Origin: Planctomycetota bacterium
Lineage (GTDB): Bacteria > Planctomycetota > Planctomycetia > JALXBF01
NCBI GenBank assembly: GCA_026991575.1
Contig: JALXBF010000106.1
Span: forward strand, 1-55,623
DNA: 55,623 bases
Direction of reading: 5' to 3'
The notes beneath the pieces are model-generated. The model was not told where the DNA came from and did not search any database. It was given only the letters and a program-made list of their open reading frames with translations. Made by a program: the position numbers and the translations under genes. This document shows, piece after piece, positions 9,658 through 22,596 of the stretch (position 1 is the stretch's first letter; each line of letters opens with the position of its first letter).

Positions 9658-9912
9658 CTAAGGGTACCTGGCCGCCCCCTCACGCACGCAGGGCAGTTCC
9701 TCGGGCGAGTTGATCCCGTCGGGCAGTTCAGCCTCTTCAATCAGCAGATTTGGGATGCCGTCGATGATACGGAAGACCGGGCCACAGCGGGTACAGATCA
9801 GCTTGTCTCCTTCCAGTTTCAGTTCCGCCTTGCCAAGGGGACAGACGAGGATATCCAGCAGATCCTTCGGAATCGGCAGATCCTGCGGTTCTTTCCGGGT
9901 TTCTTCCGCCAC
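9658..9912 (-). CDS. Trm112 family protein
   Basis: LLDILVCPLGK..L...GDKLIC..C...F.I.DGIP.LL.EEA motif; GTG at 9912 has a GGAG RBS. Confidence 0.85.
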   Translation of the reverse strand: MAEETRKEPQDLPIPKDLLDILVCPLGKAELKLEGDKLICTRCGPVFRIIDGIPNLLIEEAELPDGINSPEELPCVREGAARYP

Positions 9913-10127
9913 AGCGTTCTCCAACGATACCGATGGCCAATGTAGCATGCCAGCGGGCACTCTCACATTATTATGGAGTAGGCAAAGTCCTCTGCAACGG
10001 CACGAGCTAGTCGCCCTGGCCGGCAGCTGCCGGGGTGGGCATCATCAAGAGGGTTGCTCCAGCCTGCCGCAGTGCTGCTGCGTTTTCGGGCCGAGTGGGC
10101 ATGAGGCACGCGTAGGGCAAGAAGCTC

Positions 10128-12200
10128 ATGTCGCAAGAAGTCCTCGAACAGACCGCCAATCAGCCGGCTCCAGGAACCGCGCCGCTGGAAACTGGGCCGA
10201 CCACGACGGCGCAGCGTCTGGGGCCGCGATGGCTGAACCGGCTCCGCGCATGGTTCGGGGGACCGATGACCCGCAAGCGTGGCCGGTGGTCGCTGCTGGT
10301 GTATCGAATCAACGAGCTGGAGCGGAAGATGCGCTCGCTGAGCAGCGGCGAGCTGTATGCGTACAGTCGCGAGCTGCGGCGGCAGGCCGGCGAGGGGGTA
10401 CCGCTGGAGAAGCTACTCGTCGAGGCGTTCGCCCTGGTGCGCGAAGCAGCTCGACGCACCACGGGGCTTCGCCCCTACGACGTGCAGATGCTCGGCGGCA
10501 TCGCGCTGCACTTCGGCTGCATCGCGGAAATGGACACCGGTGAGGGCAAGACACTCGTGGCGGTCGCGCCCGCGTACCTGAATGCGCTCACCGGCCGCGG
10601 CGTCCACATCGTGACGGTCAACGATTACCTGGCACAACGTGATGCCGAGTGGATGGGGCCAATCTACCGAGCGCTCGGGCTGACCGTGGGCTGTATTGTC
10701 AGCGGCATGAGCGATCAGGACCGGCACAAGGCCTACCGGTGCGACATCACCTACGTGACCGCTAAAGAGCTCGGCTTCGATTTCCTGCGCGACCGCTTGC
10801 GGCTGGCGCGGCGGCGTGCCGCCGACTGGATCTCTGTGCTGACTGGTAGGGGGGCACCGGTGTTCACCGTCCAGCGCGAACACCACTACGCGATCATTGA
10901 CGAGGCCGACAGCATCCTGATTGACGAGGCGCGGACGCCGCTGATCATCGCCACTCAGCCCAAGAAAGCTACGGCCGAGATCGCGGCTCGGTACGTGTGG
11001 GCAGACCGCGTGGCACGAAAGCTCGAAGAGAAGAAGCACTACAAGTTCGATCCTGTGCAACGCAAGGTGGAGCTGACGCTCGAGGGCTGCCGGGTAGTGC
11101 GCCAGCATCTGAACGATCCTGCCGTCTTCCGGCTGGGTATGGAGGCCATCTACGAGTTCGTCGAGCGGGCCGTGCTGGCACACCGGGCCTACCTCCGGGA
11201 CCGGGACTATGTGGTCATCAACGGCAAGGTGGTCATCGTCGACGAGTACACCGGGCGGATGATGGAGGGCCGCGAATGGCAGAAAGGAATCCACCGCGCG
11301 GTGGAGGCTAAGGAGGGGATCCCGGTAACCCAGGAAACGGGTGAGGCAGCACGGGTGACAATCCAGACGTTCTTCCGCCGCTATGAGAAGATTGCCGGCA
11401 TGACAGGTACGGCCGTAACCCAGGCATTCGAGTTCCGGGGCATCTACAAGACGCCCGTGTTCCGAGTGCCCACGAACCGGCCCGTGATCCGAAAGATCCT
11501 GCCGCCACGCATCTTCGCGACAGCCGAGGAAAAGTGGCAGGCCGTCGCAGACGAAGTCGAGCGAATCCATCGCACGGGCCGACCAATCCTGATCGGAACC
11601 CGGTCGATTGAAAAGTCCGAACGTCTGAGCGCCCTGTTGAAGCAACGGGGCATCCCCCACCAGGTGCTGAACGCCAAGAACCACGCGCGCGAGGCGGAAA
11701 TCGTGGCCAAAGCAGGCCAGCGCGGGGCCGTGACGGTAGCGACCAACATGGCCGGTCGCGGCACGGACATCAAGTTGGGTGAAGGGGTGGCAGAGCTTGG
11801 CGGACTACACGTCATCGGTACCGAGTTCCACACCTCGCGCCGCATCGACCGACAGCTCATCGGCCGTTGCGGCCGGCAGGGCGATCCGGGTAGCGCTCAA
11901 TTCTTTGTCTCCCTGGAAGACGAGATTCTTGAGTTGATCGCCTCCGGAGAGCGGATCGAGGACAAGATGCAGGCGGAAGTAGCCCGGCGGCGGTTAGAAC
12001 GATTGCGCCGATGGGCGCGTTCCGTGCCGAATGAGCGACTGCAGACGCGTGCCATGCTCCGCGTCTTCTACCGCGCACAACGCCGGCTGGAACGGCTGTA
12101 CTACAACCAGCGCCGCCAGCTGATGGAGATCGAAAAACGCTGGGACGAGATCAAGGAACAGGTCGGGCTTGATCCGGTCCTGGACTGGCGCCAACTCTGA
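10128..12200 (+). CDS. secA: Short SecA paralog (accessory SecA2-like translocase ATPase)
   Basis: EMDTGEGKT (Walker A), VTVNDYLA.RD, IIDEADSILIDEARTPLII, GMTGTA, ATNMAGRGTDIKL and GRCGRQGDPG. Only 690 aa, ending in the scaffold helix. Confidence 0.9.
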   Translation: MSQEVLEQTANQPAPGTAPLETGPTTTAQRLGPRWLNRLRAWFGGPMTRKRGRWSLLVYRINELERKMRSLSSGELYAYSRELRRQAGEGVPLEKLLVEAFALVREAARRTTGLRPYDVQMLGGIALHFGCIAEMDTGEGKTLVAVAPAYLNALTGRGVHIVTVNDYLAQRDAEWMGPIYRALGLTVGCIVSGMSDQDRHKAYRCDITYVTAKELGFDFLRDRLRLARRRAADWISVLTGRGAPVFTVQREHHYAIIDEADSILIDEARTPLIIATQPKKATAEIAARYVWADRVARKLEEKKHYKFDPVQRKVELTLEGCRVVRQHLNDPAVFRLGMEAIYEFVERAVLAHRAYLRDRDYVVINGKVVIVDEYTGRMMEGREWQKGIHRAVEAKEGIPVTQETGEAARVTIQTFFRRYEKIAGMTGTAVTQAFEFRGIYKTPVFRVPTNRPVIRKILPPRIFATAEEKWQAVADEVERIHRTGRPILIGTRSIEKSERLSALLKQRGIPHQVLNAKNHAREAEIVAKAGQRGAVTVATNMAGRGTDIKLGEGVAELGGLHVIGTEFHTSRRIDRQLIGRCGRQGDPGSAQFFVSLEDEILELIASGERIEDKMQAEVARRRLERLRRWARSVPNERLQTRAMLRVFYRAQRRLERLYYNQRRQLMEIEKRWDEIKEQVGLDPVLDWRQL

Positions 12201-12363
12201 CCCCCCGTCACCGCTACACCCCGGCCCGCACTCCCGACCGTCGCGACCGGTATCCTGGAGTGTGGCCGATCGCTCTGGTCGGCCAATTCCGGTGGTCCGG
12301 GCGGTCGCCGATACCGAAGTCACTGCGTAGTCGAGACGCTCTGGCGTACTAGCTGCTCGGTAA

Positions 12364-12387
12364 CGGACGGCCGTCCCGTCCGATTTC
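12364..12387 (+). terminator. Possible intrinsic terminator hairpin between convergent genes
   Basis: CGGACGG-CCGTC-CCGTCCG 7-bp stem followed by ATTTC. A second stem lies at 12263-12285 (TGGCCGATC/GGTCGGCCA). The U-tract is weak. Confidence 0.3.
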
Positions 12388-12389
12388 GC

Positions 12390-13568
12390 TCACGGTTGCG
12401 GTGCTGCGCTGCGCTGGCTGCGGCCCGGTTGGTCGACGATCAAGTTGCCCTCTGACACGACAGCCGCGTCCTCTGGCACGCTGGCCTGGATCATTGCTGG
12501 GTTAACACCAGCGAACACATTCCCCACGACGACGATCTCTCGTGTGCCCTCCAACACAAGACCGCCGGCGTGCCGGTCGCCCGGAGGTCGTCGCCAGCGG
12601 CCTTCCCCGATGTAGCTGTCGGAAAAGTTGTTGCCGGTGACGGTGATCCGGCCCGAGCCGGGCCCAATGCGCAGGGCGAAGGACCGCATGATCGTAAACG
12701 TGTTCGCACTGACCGCACAGCCATGTGCGTCCCGCAGGTCGATGCCTGCCGCATTATGGGCAATCACGTTCGCGGACAGGGTGATGCCATAGCAGTCGCG
12801 GTCCAGCACAATCGCTGCCCCCCGGCACTCCTCGATCATGTTGCCGGACACAACGGAGCCGTAAGTGTTTTCGATCACGACACCGTCGCCCAGGTGATCG
12901 TCCAGGCAGTTGCCGGTCATGCACAGGTTGAATCCGTCTGTGCAGCGTACGCCATCGCCGTTTTCCTCCAATTGGTTCGCGGCGACGACAATGTCGTGGC
13001 ATCCGATCAGGTTGAGCCCGGTTCCTGTGTTGTAAGTGATCAAGCAGTTAACGATCCGCGGATCCTCGTAGCAGTGGTCCAGCACGATGCCATCAGCCCC
13101 GTTATGGCTGACGGAGATGTTCTCGAGCGTCAGCTCGTTGATTCGGTTGGCAACCAGTCCGGGGCCGCTCCGGTCGTTGCCCGTGATCCGCAGGTCCTGA
13201 ATGGTGATGCGCCACAGCTGCTCGCTGCGTGGCACCGCTTTGCCACTTGGGTGTTGCAAGACGATTGCCGGTTTCCCGTTACGATTGACGTTCTTCAGGT
13301 GGGTTGCCGTACCACTGCCTCTGAGCGTCACGTTGCCGCGGCGGATGAACAACGGTTCGCTCAGTTCGAATTCGCCCGGCGGCAGCACGACAATGCCACC
13401 TTCGGGCGGCAACGCGTCAATTGCTGCCTGAATGGACGGATAGTCTGCTGCGTCGATTTGCGGCCGCGCGCCGGGTAGTTCGACGGCCGCTCGGGGCACA
13501 AGCAGCGCTGCGCTGAGCCCCCCGGCCAGGCTGACCACGACAGCACACAAAGCAGGTCGGCCCACCAT
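12390..13568 (-). CDS. Secreted right-handed parallel beta-helix (pectate lyase-like/NosD-like) protein
   Basis: Signal peptide, IQAAIDALPPEGGIVVLPPGEF cap, and many N-containing coils (IVVAANQL, CMTGNCL, VVSGNMI); GGAGG RBS. Confidence 0.8.
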   Translation of the reverse strand: MVGRPALCAVVVSLAGGLSAALLVPRAAVELPGARPQIDAADYPSIQAAIDALPPEGGIVVLPPGEFELSEPLFIRRGNVTLRGSGTATHLKNVNRNGKPAIVLQHPSGKAVPRSEQLWRITIQDLRITGNDRSGPGLVANRINELTLENISVSHNGADGIVLDHCYEDPRIVNCLITYNTGTGLNLIGCHDIVVAANQLEENGDGVRCTDGFNLCMTGNCLDDHLGDGVVIENTYGSVVSGNMIEECRGAAIVLDRDCYGITLSANVIAHNAAGIDLRDAHGCAVSANTFTIMRSFALRIGPGSGRITVTGNNFSDSYIGEGRWRRPPGDRHAGGLVLEGTREIVVVGNVFAGVNPAMIQASVPEDAAVVSEGNLIVDQPGRSQRSAAPQP

Positions 13569-13607
13569 GGTTCTACCTCCGAAGGAGATTGTTAGCGGCT
13601 AGCCGGT

Positions 13608-14012
13608 CTATTTCGGACCGGCATCCCCTCTCAGCATGCGGACCACCGGCTCGTTGGCCGGCGGGAAGCATGCCGGGTCGAGGCGGGCGCACGGGTACCA
13701 GAGAAAGGGCGGCAGCGGCGGCAGGTCACTGAGCGGCGTGCATTGGATGAACTCCAGCATGTACCGGCAGCCATCTCGCTCGAAGCTGGACCGGTGCAAC
13801 ACACGCCCGGCGCGGACGGGCATGCGCGCTTCCTCCCAGGTCTCGCGTTCCGCGCACCGCTGTGCCGTCTCGCCCTTCTCGACCTTGCCCCCGGGAAACT
13901 CCAGCAACGCGCCATACGTCGGATCATGACCCCGGAACCCGACCACCACGCGACCCCCGTGGCAGATCACGGCGATAGCCACATGCACCGTGCGCACTGC
14001 ATCCGCGTTCAT
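13608..14012 (-). CDS. NUDIX hydrolase (MutT-like)
   Basis: EFPGGKVEKGETAQRCAERETWEE Nudix box and C-terminal FPPAN; ATGA overlap with fabI. Confidence 0.85.
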   Translation of the reverse strand: MNADAVRTVHVAIAVICHGGRVVVGFRGHDPTYGALLEFPGGKVEKGETAQRCAERETWEEARMPVRAGRVLHRSSFERDGCRYMLEFIQCTPLSDLPPLPPFLWYPCARLDPACFPPANEPVVRMLRGDAGPK

Positions 14013-14836
14013 CGCGCCTGGAGCTTATCGACGAACTCCTTGAACGACTTACCAGGGGCGCCCATGATGTTGTAGCCGCAGTCGACGTGAAGCACTTCCC
14101 CGGTCACCGCCGAGGAGAGGTCCGACAACAAGAACGCAGCTGCCTTGCCCAGCTCCTCCTGGGCAACATTTCGGCCAAGGGGAGCGATCGTGCGGTGCAA
14201 GCTGAGCATCTGGTCGAAGTCACCCACAGCTGACGCTGCCAGTGTCTTCATCGGACCGGCAGAGATGGCGTTGACTCGGATGTTCCGCGGCCCTAGGTCA
14301 TAGGCCAGGTATCGCACGGCACACTCCAGGGCAGCCTTGCAAACCCCCATCAGGTTGTAGCCGGGTACAACCCGCTCACCCCCGAAGTAGGTCATTGTCA
14401 GGATGGCACCGCCCGATTCCATCAGCGCCGAAGCCGCACGGGCCGTAGCGATCAAGCTGTACACGCTGATGTCCATGGCGATATGAAAGCCGTTGCGGCT
14501 GGCTTCCAGCGTCGGGCACTGGATGTCCTCTCGAGGGGCAAATGCGATGGAGTGCACCATGAAATCGATCTTCCCATAGGTGTCCTTCACCGCAGTGAAG
14601 AACTCCTGGATGTCCTCGTCCTTCGACACATCGCACGGCTTGATCAGCTTGGCACCGATGGGTTCGACCAGACGCCGTACCCGCCGTTCCATGCGTCGCC
14701 GCTCGTCCTTGTCCGGCAAGTGATTGAACGCCAGATCGGCACCTTCCGCGTGCAGGTACTTGGCAATCTGCCACGCGATGCTGTACTCGTTAGCCACGCC
14801 CAGAATGACGCCGACTTTCCCGTCAAAAAGCCCCAT
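14009..14836 (-). CDS. fabI: Enoyl-ACP reductase FabI
   Basis: [49 protein letters not shown] and [20 protein letters not shown]. Confidence 0.95.
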   Translation of the reverse strand: MGLFDGKVGVILGVANEYSIAWQIAKYLHAEGADLAFNHLPDKDERRRMERRVRRLVEPIGAKLIKPCDVSKDEDIQEFFTAVKDTYGKIDFMVHSIAFAPREDIQCPTLEASRNGFHIAMDISVYSLIATARAASALMESGGAILTMTYFGGERVVPGYNLMGVCKAALECAVRYLAYDLGPRNIRVNAISAGPMKTLAASAVGDFDQMLSLHRTIAPLGRNVAQEELGKAAAFLLSDLSSAVTGEVLHVDCGYNIMGAPGKSFKEFVDKLQAR

Positions 14837-15018
14837 TTACGGACCTCCTCGTGGCAAGTGTTCCAACCGGCCATGGCACTATTATCGGTGAGGACGGCCG
14901 TGCTGAACAGCACCAGGGCCTCTGCCGCTGGCATTGCCGCTTAACGGTCAGCGGGTGGTCGCGCATAATTGGTTATCCAACGGGCAATTCTGGCCTTCGG
15001 TGCAGACGAGAGGATACT

Positions 15019-17046
15019 TTGGCCGGCACAGTCTCGTGGTACAGCACTCAAGGGGCAAGCAGTCCAACCGCGGTGGTGACCGCGTTGCGCATCGTCGAGG
15101 ACGCGCTGGCCGCGGCCAGGAATCCCGATGCTGGACCGGCAGCACTGCAGGCCATCCTGGATCGGCTTGGTGCAACGGCCGCCTGGCTGTTGAGGCGGAC
15201 GGACCGCTGGGTGGTCTATCAGGCGGCGGGCCCGGCCAAGGATGATCTGGACTGCCTGCAGCGGCACGAGCGGCTGTTGAGCGAGGCGCAGGAGCAGGAC
15301 GCGGTTGGGTACGTCCGCCTTTCGGAAGCTGCTGAACAGCAGACCGAAGATGCCAACGCCTCCGGAGTGCTCATCCTCTGCCCGTTCGATGAACGTCTCT
15401 GCCCCAACACCGCCCTGGTCGTCCGCCTTGGGCCGGCTCGCGCCAGCGCCGAGGAGCTGGTCTCGGCTCTGGCGGTCGCCCGCCGGGCGCTGTCCGGGGC
15501 AACGTACCTGCTTGAAGAAGGCAAGACGCTGCGCCGGCAGGCGCTGGATCTGCGGCTGCTGCTGGAGACGACCCGCCGATTGGGCACCTGCCGCGATACG
15601 GCCGAACTGCTCGAAGCGATCGCAGCTGCAGCCACCGAGATGCTGGACGCGGAGCGTGCGAGCATCTTCATCTGGGATCGTGAGGCGCACGAGGTCGTTG
15701 CGCGTCCTGCTTTGGGTATCACCGGTCAGGATCTGCGTCTACCTGATGATTACGGCATCGTCGGTCAGGTGCTGCACAGCGGCGAGCCGCTGATCGTCAA
15801 TGATGCTGCCGCCCACCCTGCATTCCGAGCGGACGTAGACCGTAAGACAGGCTTCCGCACCCGCAGTCTTCTGGCGGTCCCTCTGGTCGACCCGGCAGGA
15901 AGCACCCTGGGCGTCTTCGAAGCGCTCAATAAGCGCTCCGGACCGTTCACCGCTCGAGACCGCTGGCTGCTGGAACGACTGGCCGAGCAGGTCGCCGTTG
16001 TGCTACAGAACACGGAGGAGCGGGAGCGGTTAGCCCGCGTCGCCACCAACTATGCGGAGCACCAGGCCGAAGCGGCCATGATCGTCGGCACGAGCCGGGC
16101 AACGCGCGAGCTGCGGGCAACGATCCAACGGCTGGCGCAAACCGACTTACCCGTGTTGATCCAGGGCGAAAGCGGCACGGGCAAGGAAGTTGTGGCACGG
16201 GCCATCCACCTGCAAAGCGCGCGGAGCCGCGGTCCGTTCATCGCCGTCAACTGCGCGGCCATTGCGGAGACGCTGCTGGAAAGCGAGCTGTTCGGGCACG
16301 AACGCGGCGCGTTTACCGACGCCCGGGAATCACGCCCCGGCAAGTTCGAACTGGCCGAAGGAGGCACTCTGTTTCTGGACGAAATCGGCGACATGTCGTT
16401 GCAGGGCCAGGCAAAGCTGCTGCGCGTGCTAGAAGAGAAGGGCGTCTACCGAGTTGGCGGCACGAAACTGATTCCCGTCAACGTGCGTGTCATTGCGGCC
16501 ACGAACCGCGACCTGGCGCAGCGCGTCGCCGATGGTCAGTTTCGGGAGGATCTGTTCTTCCGGCTCAGTGTCGTGACGATCCAGCTCCCCCCGTTGCGCC
16601 AGCGACGTGAGGACATTCTGGCCCTGGCCGACTACTTCCTCGCACGCTTCTGCCGCGATGCAGGACGGTCGCCGCTGCGTTTAACGGACAAGGCTCGCCA
16701 GCGGCTGCTCGAGCACGACTGGCCAGGAAATGTCCGTGAGCTACGGAACCTGATGGAACGTCTTGCGTTCCTGGCGCCCGGTCCGACCATCGACGTGGCC
16801 GAAATTGAGCAGATCCTAGCAGCCACCACGCTTCGCAAGGAAACGCCCGGCGTTGGCGTGCCCGCCGGTCTGACGCTATCGCAAGCGACGGCGGAATTTC
16901 AGCGGCGATACATCCGCGAAGCCATCGAACGAGCCGGCGGCAATGTCGCCGAAGCGGGCCGCCTGTTAGGAATCCATCGGGCAAACCTGTACCGCAAGAT
17001 GAAACAGCTCGGCATGAACCGCTCCCCCAAAGACACACAAGACTAG
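15019..17046 (+). CDS. Sigma-54-dependent transcriptional activator with GAF domain(s) and Fis-type HTH
   Basis: GAF domain ([16 protein letters not shown]), AAA+ domain ([40 protein letters not shown]) and HTH ([20 protein letters not shown]). TTG at 15019 follows GAGAGGA. Confidence 0.9.
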   Translation: MAGTVSWYSTQGASSPTAVVTALRIVEDALAAARNPDAGPAALQAILDRLGATAAWLLRRTDRWVVYQAAGPAKDDLDCLQRHERLLSEAQEQDAVGYVRLSEAAEQQTEDANASGVLILCPFDERLCPNTALVVRLGPARASAEELVSALAVARRALSGATYLLEEGKTLRRQALDLRLLLETTRRLGTCRDTAELLEAIAAAATEMLDAERASIFIWDREAHEVVARPALGITGQDLRLPDDYGIVGQVLHSGEPLIVNDAAAHPAFRADVDRKTGFRTRSLLAVPLVDPAGSTLGVFEALNKRSGPFTARDRWLLERLAEQVAVVLQNTEERERLARVATNYAEHQAEAAMIVGTSRATRELRATIQRLAQTDLPVLIQGESGTGKEVVARAIHLQSARSRGPFIAVNCAAIAETLLESELFGHERGAFTDARESRPGKFELAEGGTLFLDEIGDMSLQGQAKLLRVLEEKGVYRVGGTKLIPVNVRVIAATNRDLAQRVADGQFREDLFFRLSVVTIQLPPLRQRREDILALADYFLARFCRDAGRSPLRLTDKARQRLLEHDWPGNVRELRNLMERLAFLAPGPTIDVAEIEQILAATTLRKETPGVGVPAGLTLSQATAEFQRRYIREAIERAGGNVAEAGRLLGIHRANLYRKMKQLGMNRSPKDTQD

Positions 17047-17276
17047 CCGGAAGCCACACGCCGTAACCGCGATAGCGTCCCAAGATGCCTGCTGCGGCCC
17101 CCCTTCAGTACGGGCCGGTTTCAGGTCAACACCGTGCGGAGCCATTCGTCGCTCGTCTCCCCTGAAGCTAGGGGCACATTTCGGATCGTCCCGCGGCCAT
17201 CGGGCGCGTGGTAGCGGACGGGGTGCCTAACGGCGGCCACTGGGCCCGGGGCCCGGCGGCCGGCTTGCGGCCCCAG

Positions 17277-17285
17277 TGCTACAAT
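17277..17285 (+). promoter_or_regulatory. Putative extended -10 promoter (TGnTACAAT) for acnA
   Basis: TGCTACAAT about 45 nt upstream of the acnA ATG, in an otherwise GC-rich context. Confidence 0.45.
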
Positions 17286-17329
17286 CCTTTGTCTTGCAGT
17301 ACGCAAGAGGAGTTGTGAGGTAAGGACCC

Positions 17330-20086
<2,757 letters not shown>

Positions 20087-20113
20087 CCAGCACAGCCCCG
20101 CGCCCCAAGACGC

Positions 20114-21694
20114 TCAGCGCACGACCGGTTCGACGCGGCGTGCCATGACTTCGGCCGCCGCCCCAGCAGTCGGCGACAGGATCCGGCCCGTGATCCGGGT
20201 GAGTTTGCCTACGTAAGGATCAAGCCGCAGACCCGGCGCCTCGACCACATACCCCAACGCTCGGCCAGACCGCGGATCACGCACCACGTAGCGGCGCCGG
20301 CCCTGAGGCGTCCTGCCCGCCGGATGCAGAACGCCGACCACGGTTCCGTAACCCGGTGGTAAACCGGGCGCCGCGGCAAGCGGTTGGCCCGCCATCGCAT
20401 GCTGCCCCCCATACCACAGGCCTTGTCCGGGCACAGGGGGTTGTCCCATCGGGGGCGGCATGCGTGACGGTGAGCGGTCGACGCCATGCTGCGGCGCCGG
20501 TCGAGCGGCGGTGGTGGCAGCAGGGCGCGAAGACGCGAAACCGGGGGCAAACGGATCGTCGTCGGACACGTCCCGGTCTCCCTCGAACGCAAACGGATCA
20601 TCAAACCAGCGGTCAAAATCATCGCTGGCCGCGGTCGCATGCGCCGGCGGGAGAGCCGGTCCGGCACCGGCCGATGGGCTCCGCTGCCCGGCGGTCGCCG
20701 CGGGCATGGTCGCTGCGGATGGTTGCGCTGACCGACGAGCGAGACCAAGCAGTTCGCGGTCCCGTGCCCGTGACCGCTCCAGGAGCTGCAGGAATTTTCG
20801 AGCGTATCGTTCGCGAATCTCCTCGCGCTCCAGCAAACCGAGACGGGTGTGGACCACCTTCCGCAGCACGGGGTTCTGGGTCAGGCGAAGCACCTGCTCA
20901 TACTTGGCCTTCAGCGGCAGGATGTCGCGCTGACCGACGGGCTGTTGCATCAGATCCCGGTACGCAGCCTCTGCCTGCTCGAACAACCTCCTCGCGAACG
21001 CCTCGTCCGTTTCCTGGGCACCGCTCTGTGCGTCCGGAGGCGGAGCGGTCATCTCTTCGACGGATTCTGCTTCCAGGGCACCGGCTGCGCCCTCGCGTGC
21101 CGGCGGCGGGGGCACGTGGGCGGCGTGTGCCGAACCAGGCTCGTCGTCCTCGAAGCGAAGGTACTCGGCCTTCACCCAGCGCACCTCGCCTTCCGGTGGC
21201 TCGATCTGCAGCCAGACCCGCTGCAGTGCGTCCTCGGCAAACACACTGCTTTTCAGTATCCGGACACGCTGTCCTTTCTTGAGCCGCACCTGGCTGTGGT
21301 CCAGGCGAGGCGAGACGGTGCTGCCGATCCACACCCATACGCCGTCCTCGGTCGCTTCCCCGATGCCAGGCTCCACGATGCGTACAAAGTCACCGCTTAC
21401 CCAGCAAAACGACCCTTCCGGTGGCACGATTGCCGCCCAGCCATCGGGTCGGACCTGGACCACTTCGACGCGTTGGCCGCGTTTCAAGACTGCCGTGGGG
21501 TAGTAGTTCGTCGATGGGCCGCAGCGGGCGTAGACCTTCGGCGCCGTGATGATTGCGGTTCGTGTAACTGCGCGGCCCGCATGCCCAGAAGCCGGCATTC
21601 CCGGGTCAGAGGGGGGGCTGGCCTGTTGGGCCCAGGCCACCGCCGTGCCCAGTGCTGCAGCTACGCAGACCAGTTTTCCGACGTGCCCCATCAT
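20114..21694 (-). CDS. Secreted SH3-domain-containing protein
   Basis: Signal peptide and two SH3b-like repeats (ARCGPSTNYYPT...LKRGQRVEV...GWAAIVPP.G..CWV; LKKGQRVRIL...WLQIEPPEGEVRWV). These are followed by a helical region, a low-complexity linker and a C-terminal beta domain. GGGAGG RBS. Confidence 0.7.
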   Translation of the reverse strand: MMGHVGKLVCVAAALGTAVAWAQQASPPSDPGMPASGHAGRAVTRTAIITAPKVYARCGPSTNYYPTAVLKRGQRVEVVQVRPDGWAAIVPPEGSFCWVSGDFVRIVEPGIGEATEDGVWVWIGSTVSPRLDHSQVRLKKGQRVRILKSSVFAEDALQRVWLQIEPPEGEVRWVKAEYLRFEDDEPGSAHAAHVPPPPAREGAAGALEAESVEEMTAPPPDAQSGAQETDEAFARRLFEQAEAAYRDLMQQPVGQRDILPLKAKYEQVLRLTQNPVLRKVVHTRLGLLEREEIRERYARKFLQLLERSRARDRELLGLARRSAQPSAATMPAATAGQRSPSAGAGPALPPAHATAASDDFDRWFDDPFAFEGDRDVSDDDPFAPGFASSRPAATTAARPAPQHGVDRSPSRMPPPMGQPPVPGQGLWYGGQHAMAGQPLAAAPGLPPGYGTVVGVLHPAGRTPQGRRRYVVRDPRSGRALGYVVEAPGLRLDPYVGKLTRITGRILSPTAGAAAEVMARRVEPVVR

Positions 21695-22410
21695 GGCTTC
21701 CTCCCTACAGCGCAGCACCTGGCCGCTGCCTGCCGGAACCTGCCCTTGTCTCCGGCGTTAGCGACGTGGACGGGCACTATGGCGAAGCCACCGGAAGAAA
21801 GCAAGACCAACTCGGAGCGCCGGGTCCACTCGGTCCTTGTATCGCGAGTACAGGGGCGGACCGACAGCGGCAATCCTTTCGGTGGCCGGACCGGTAGGGC
21901 TGACGAGGGCGGTTTCGTGCTGTGGCTTGCGTGCCCCAGACGGGCAGCAGGCCTTTACGCGTTGCCTCCGCAAGGGCGATCAGGCAGCGCCGGTAGTCCC
22001 CATACCGTGCGCCGCCGGGGCGGTCTGCCCCGGCCAAGCCGAACGATACCAGCCGACGTACTGTTCGCAAGCTGCAGCTATGCGACCGCGCGATACAGAG
22101 CGGGGGTGGCGAAGCCATGCCACGATGGCGCGGAGGTCAATGGCCGGGCGCATCGCGACAGGTTCACGCGGGCACGAGGGGCGCTGCTGGCTGAGCCTGC
22201 TGTCCGGGGGAATCGGCCCGCCGGCTGCTGGTCTACTGAGGCTTCGTTGCCGGAATCCGGACGATGTCCTTGCCTTGGAAGCGGTCCATCCACGCCCTTG
22301 TCGCCTGGCAGTCGGCCGCGGCGGGGCACGTTCGCACAAGCTGGACCGCCCCCGTCCTCCCGGCCCGATTGACCGCTGCGGCAACCGGAGCATAGCATAG
22401 GTACGTGTTG

Positions 22411-22485
22411 CGGGGCGTAGCGCAGTTTGGTCAGCGCGCCTGCCTTGGGAGCAGGAGGTCGCCGGTTCAAGTCCGGCCGCCCCGA
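22411..22485 (+). tRNA. tRNA-Pro (TGG)
   Basis: Acceptor stem CGGGGCG/CGCCCCG, anticodon arm CCTGC-CTTGGGA-GCAGG, T-loop GGTTCAAGTCC; CCA not encoded. Confidence 0.97.
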
Positions 22486-22596
22486 CTGGTAACAAACACT
22501 TCAGGACGGCGTCACCATCAGCTCCCCGTCCTATGCCGCAGCTGCCGGGCATTGCGCATGCGCCCATACACCGCGGACCGCCCGAGCTTCAACGGA

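Noticed and set aside
10413..11684. Long antisense ORFs (also 17279-18211, 39539-40816, 42561-43931, 20849-22372, 40674-42149)
   Set aside because: These are shadow or alternate-frame ORFs of well-supported genes, expected in high-GC DNA, with no recognisable motifs.
15019..17046. GAFTDA instead of GAFTGA in the sigma-54 activator; local sigma-54 promoter
   Set aside because: GAFTDA is a common functional variant. I found no convincing TGGCAC-N5-TTGC site in nearby intergenic regions.
21895..21925. Hammerhead-like CTGACGAG core
   Set aside because: No correctly placed stem II followed by GAAA, and no cleavage triplet.
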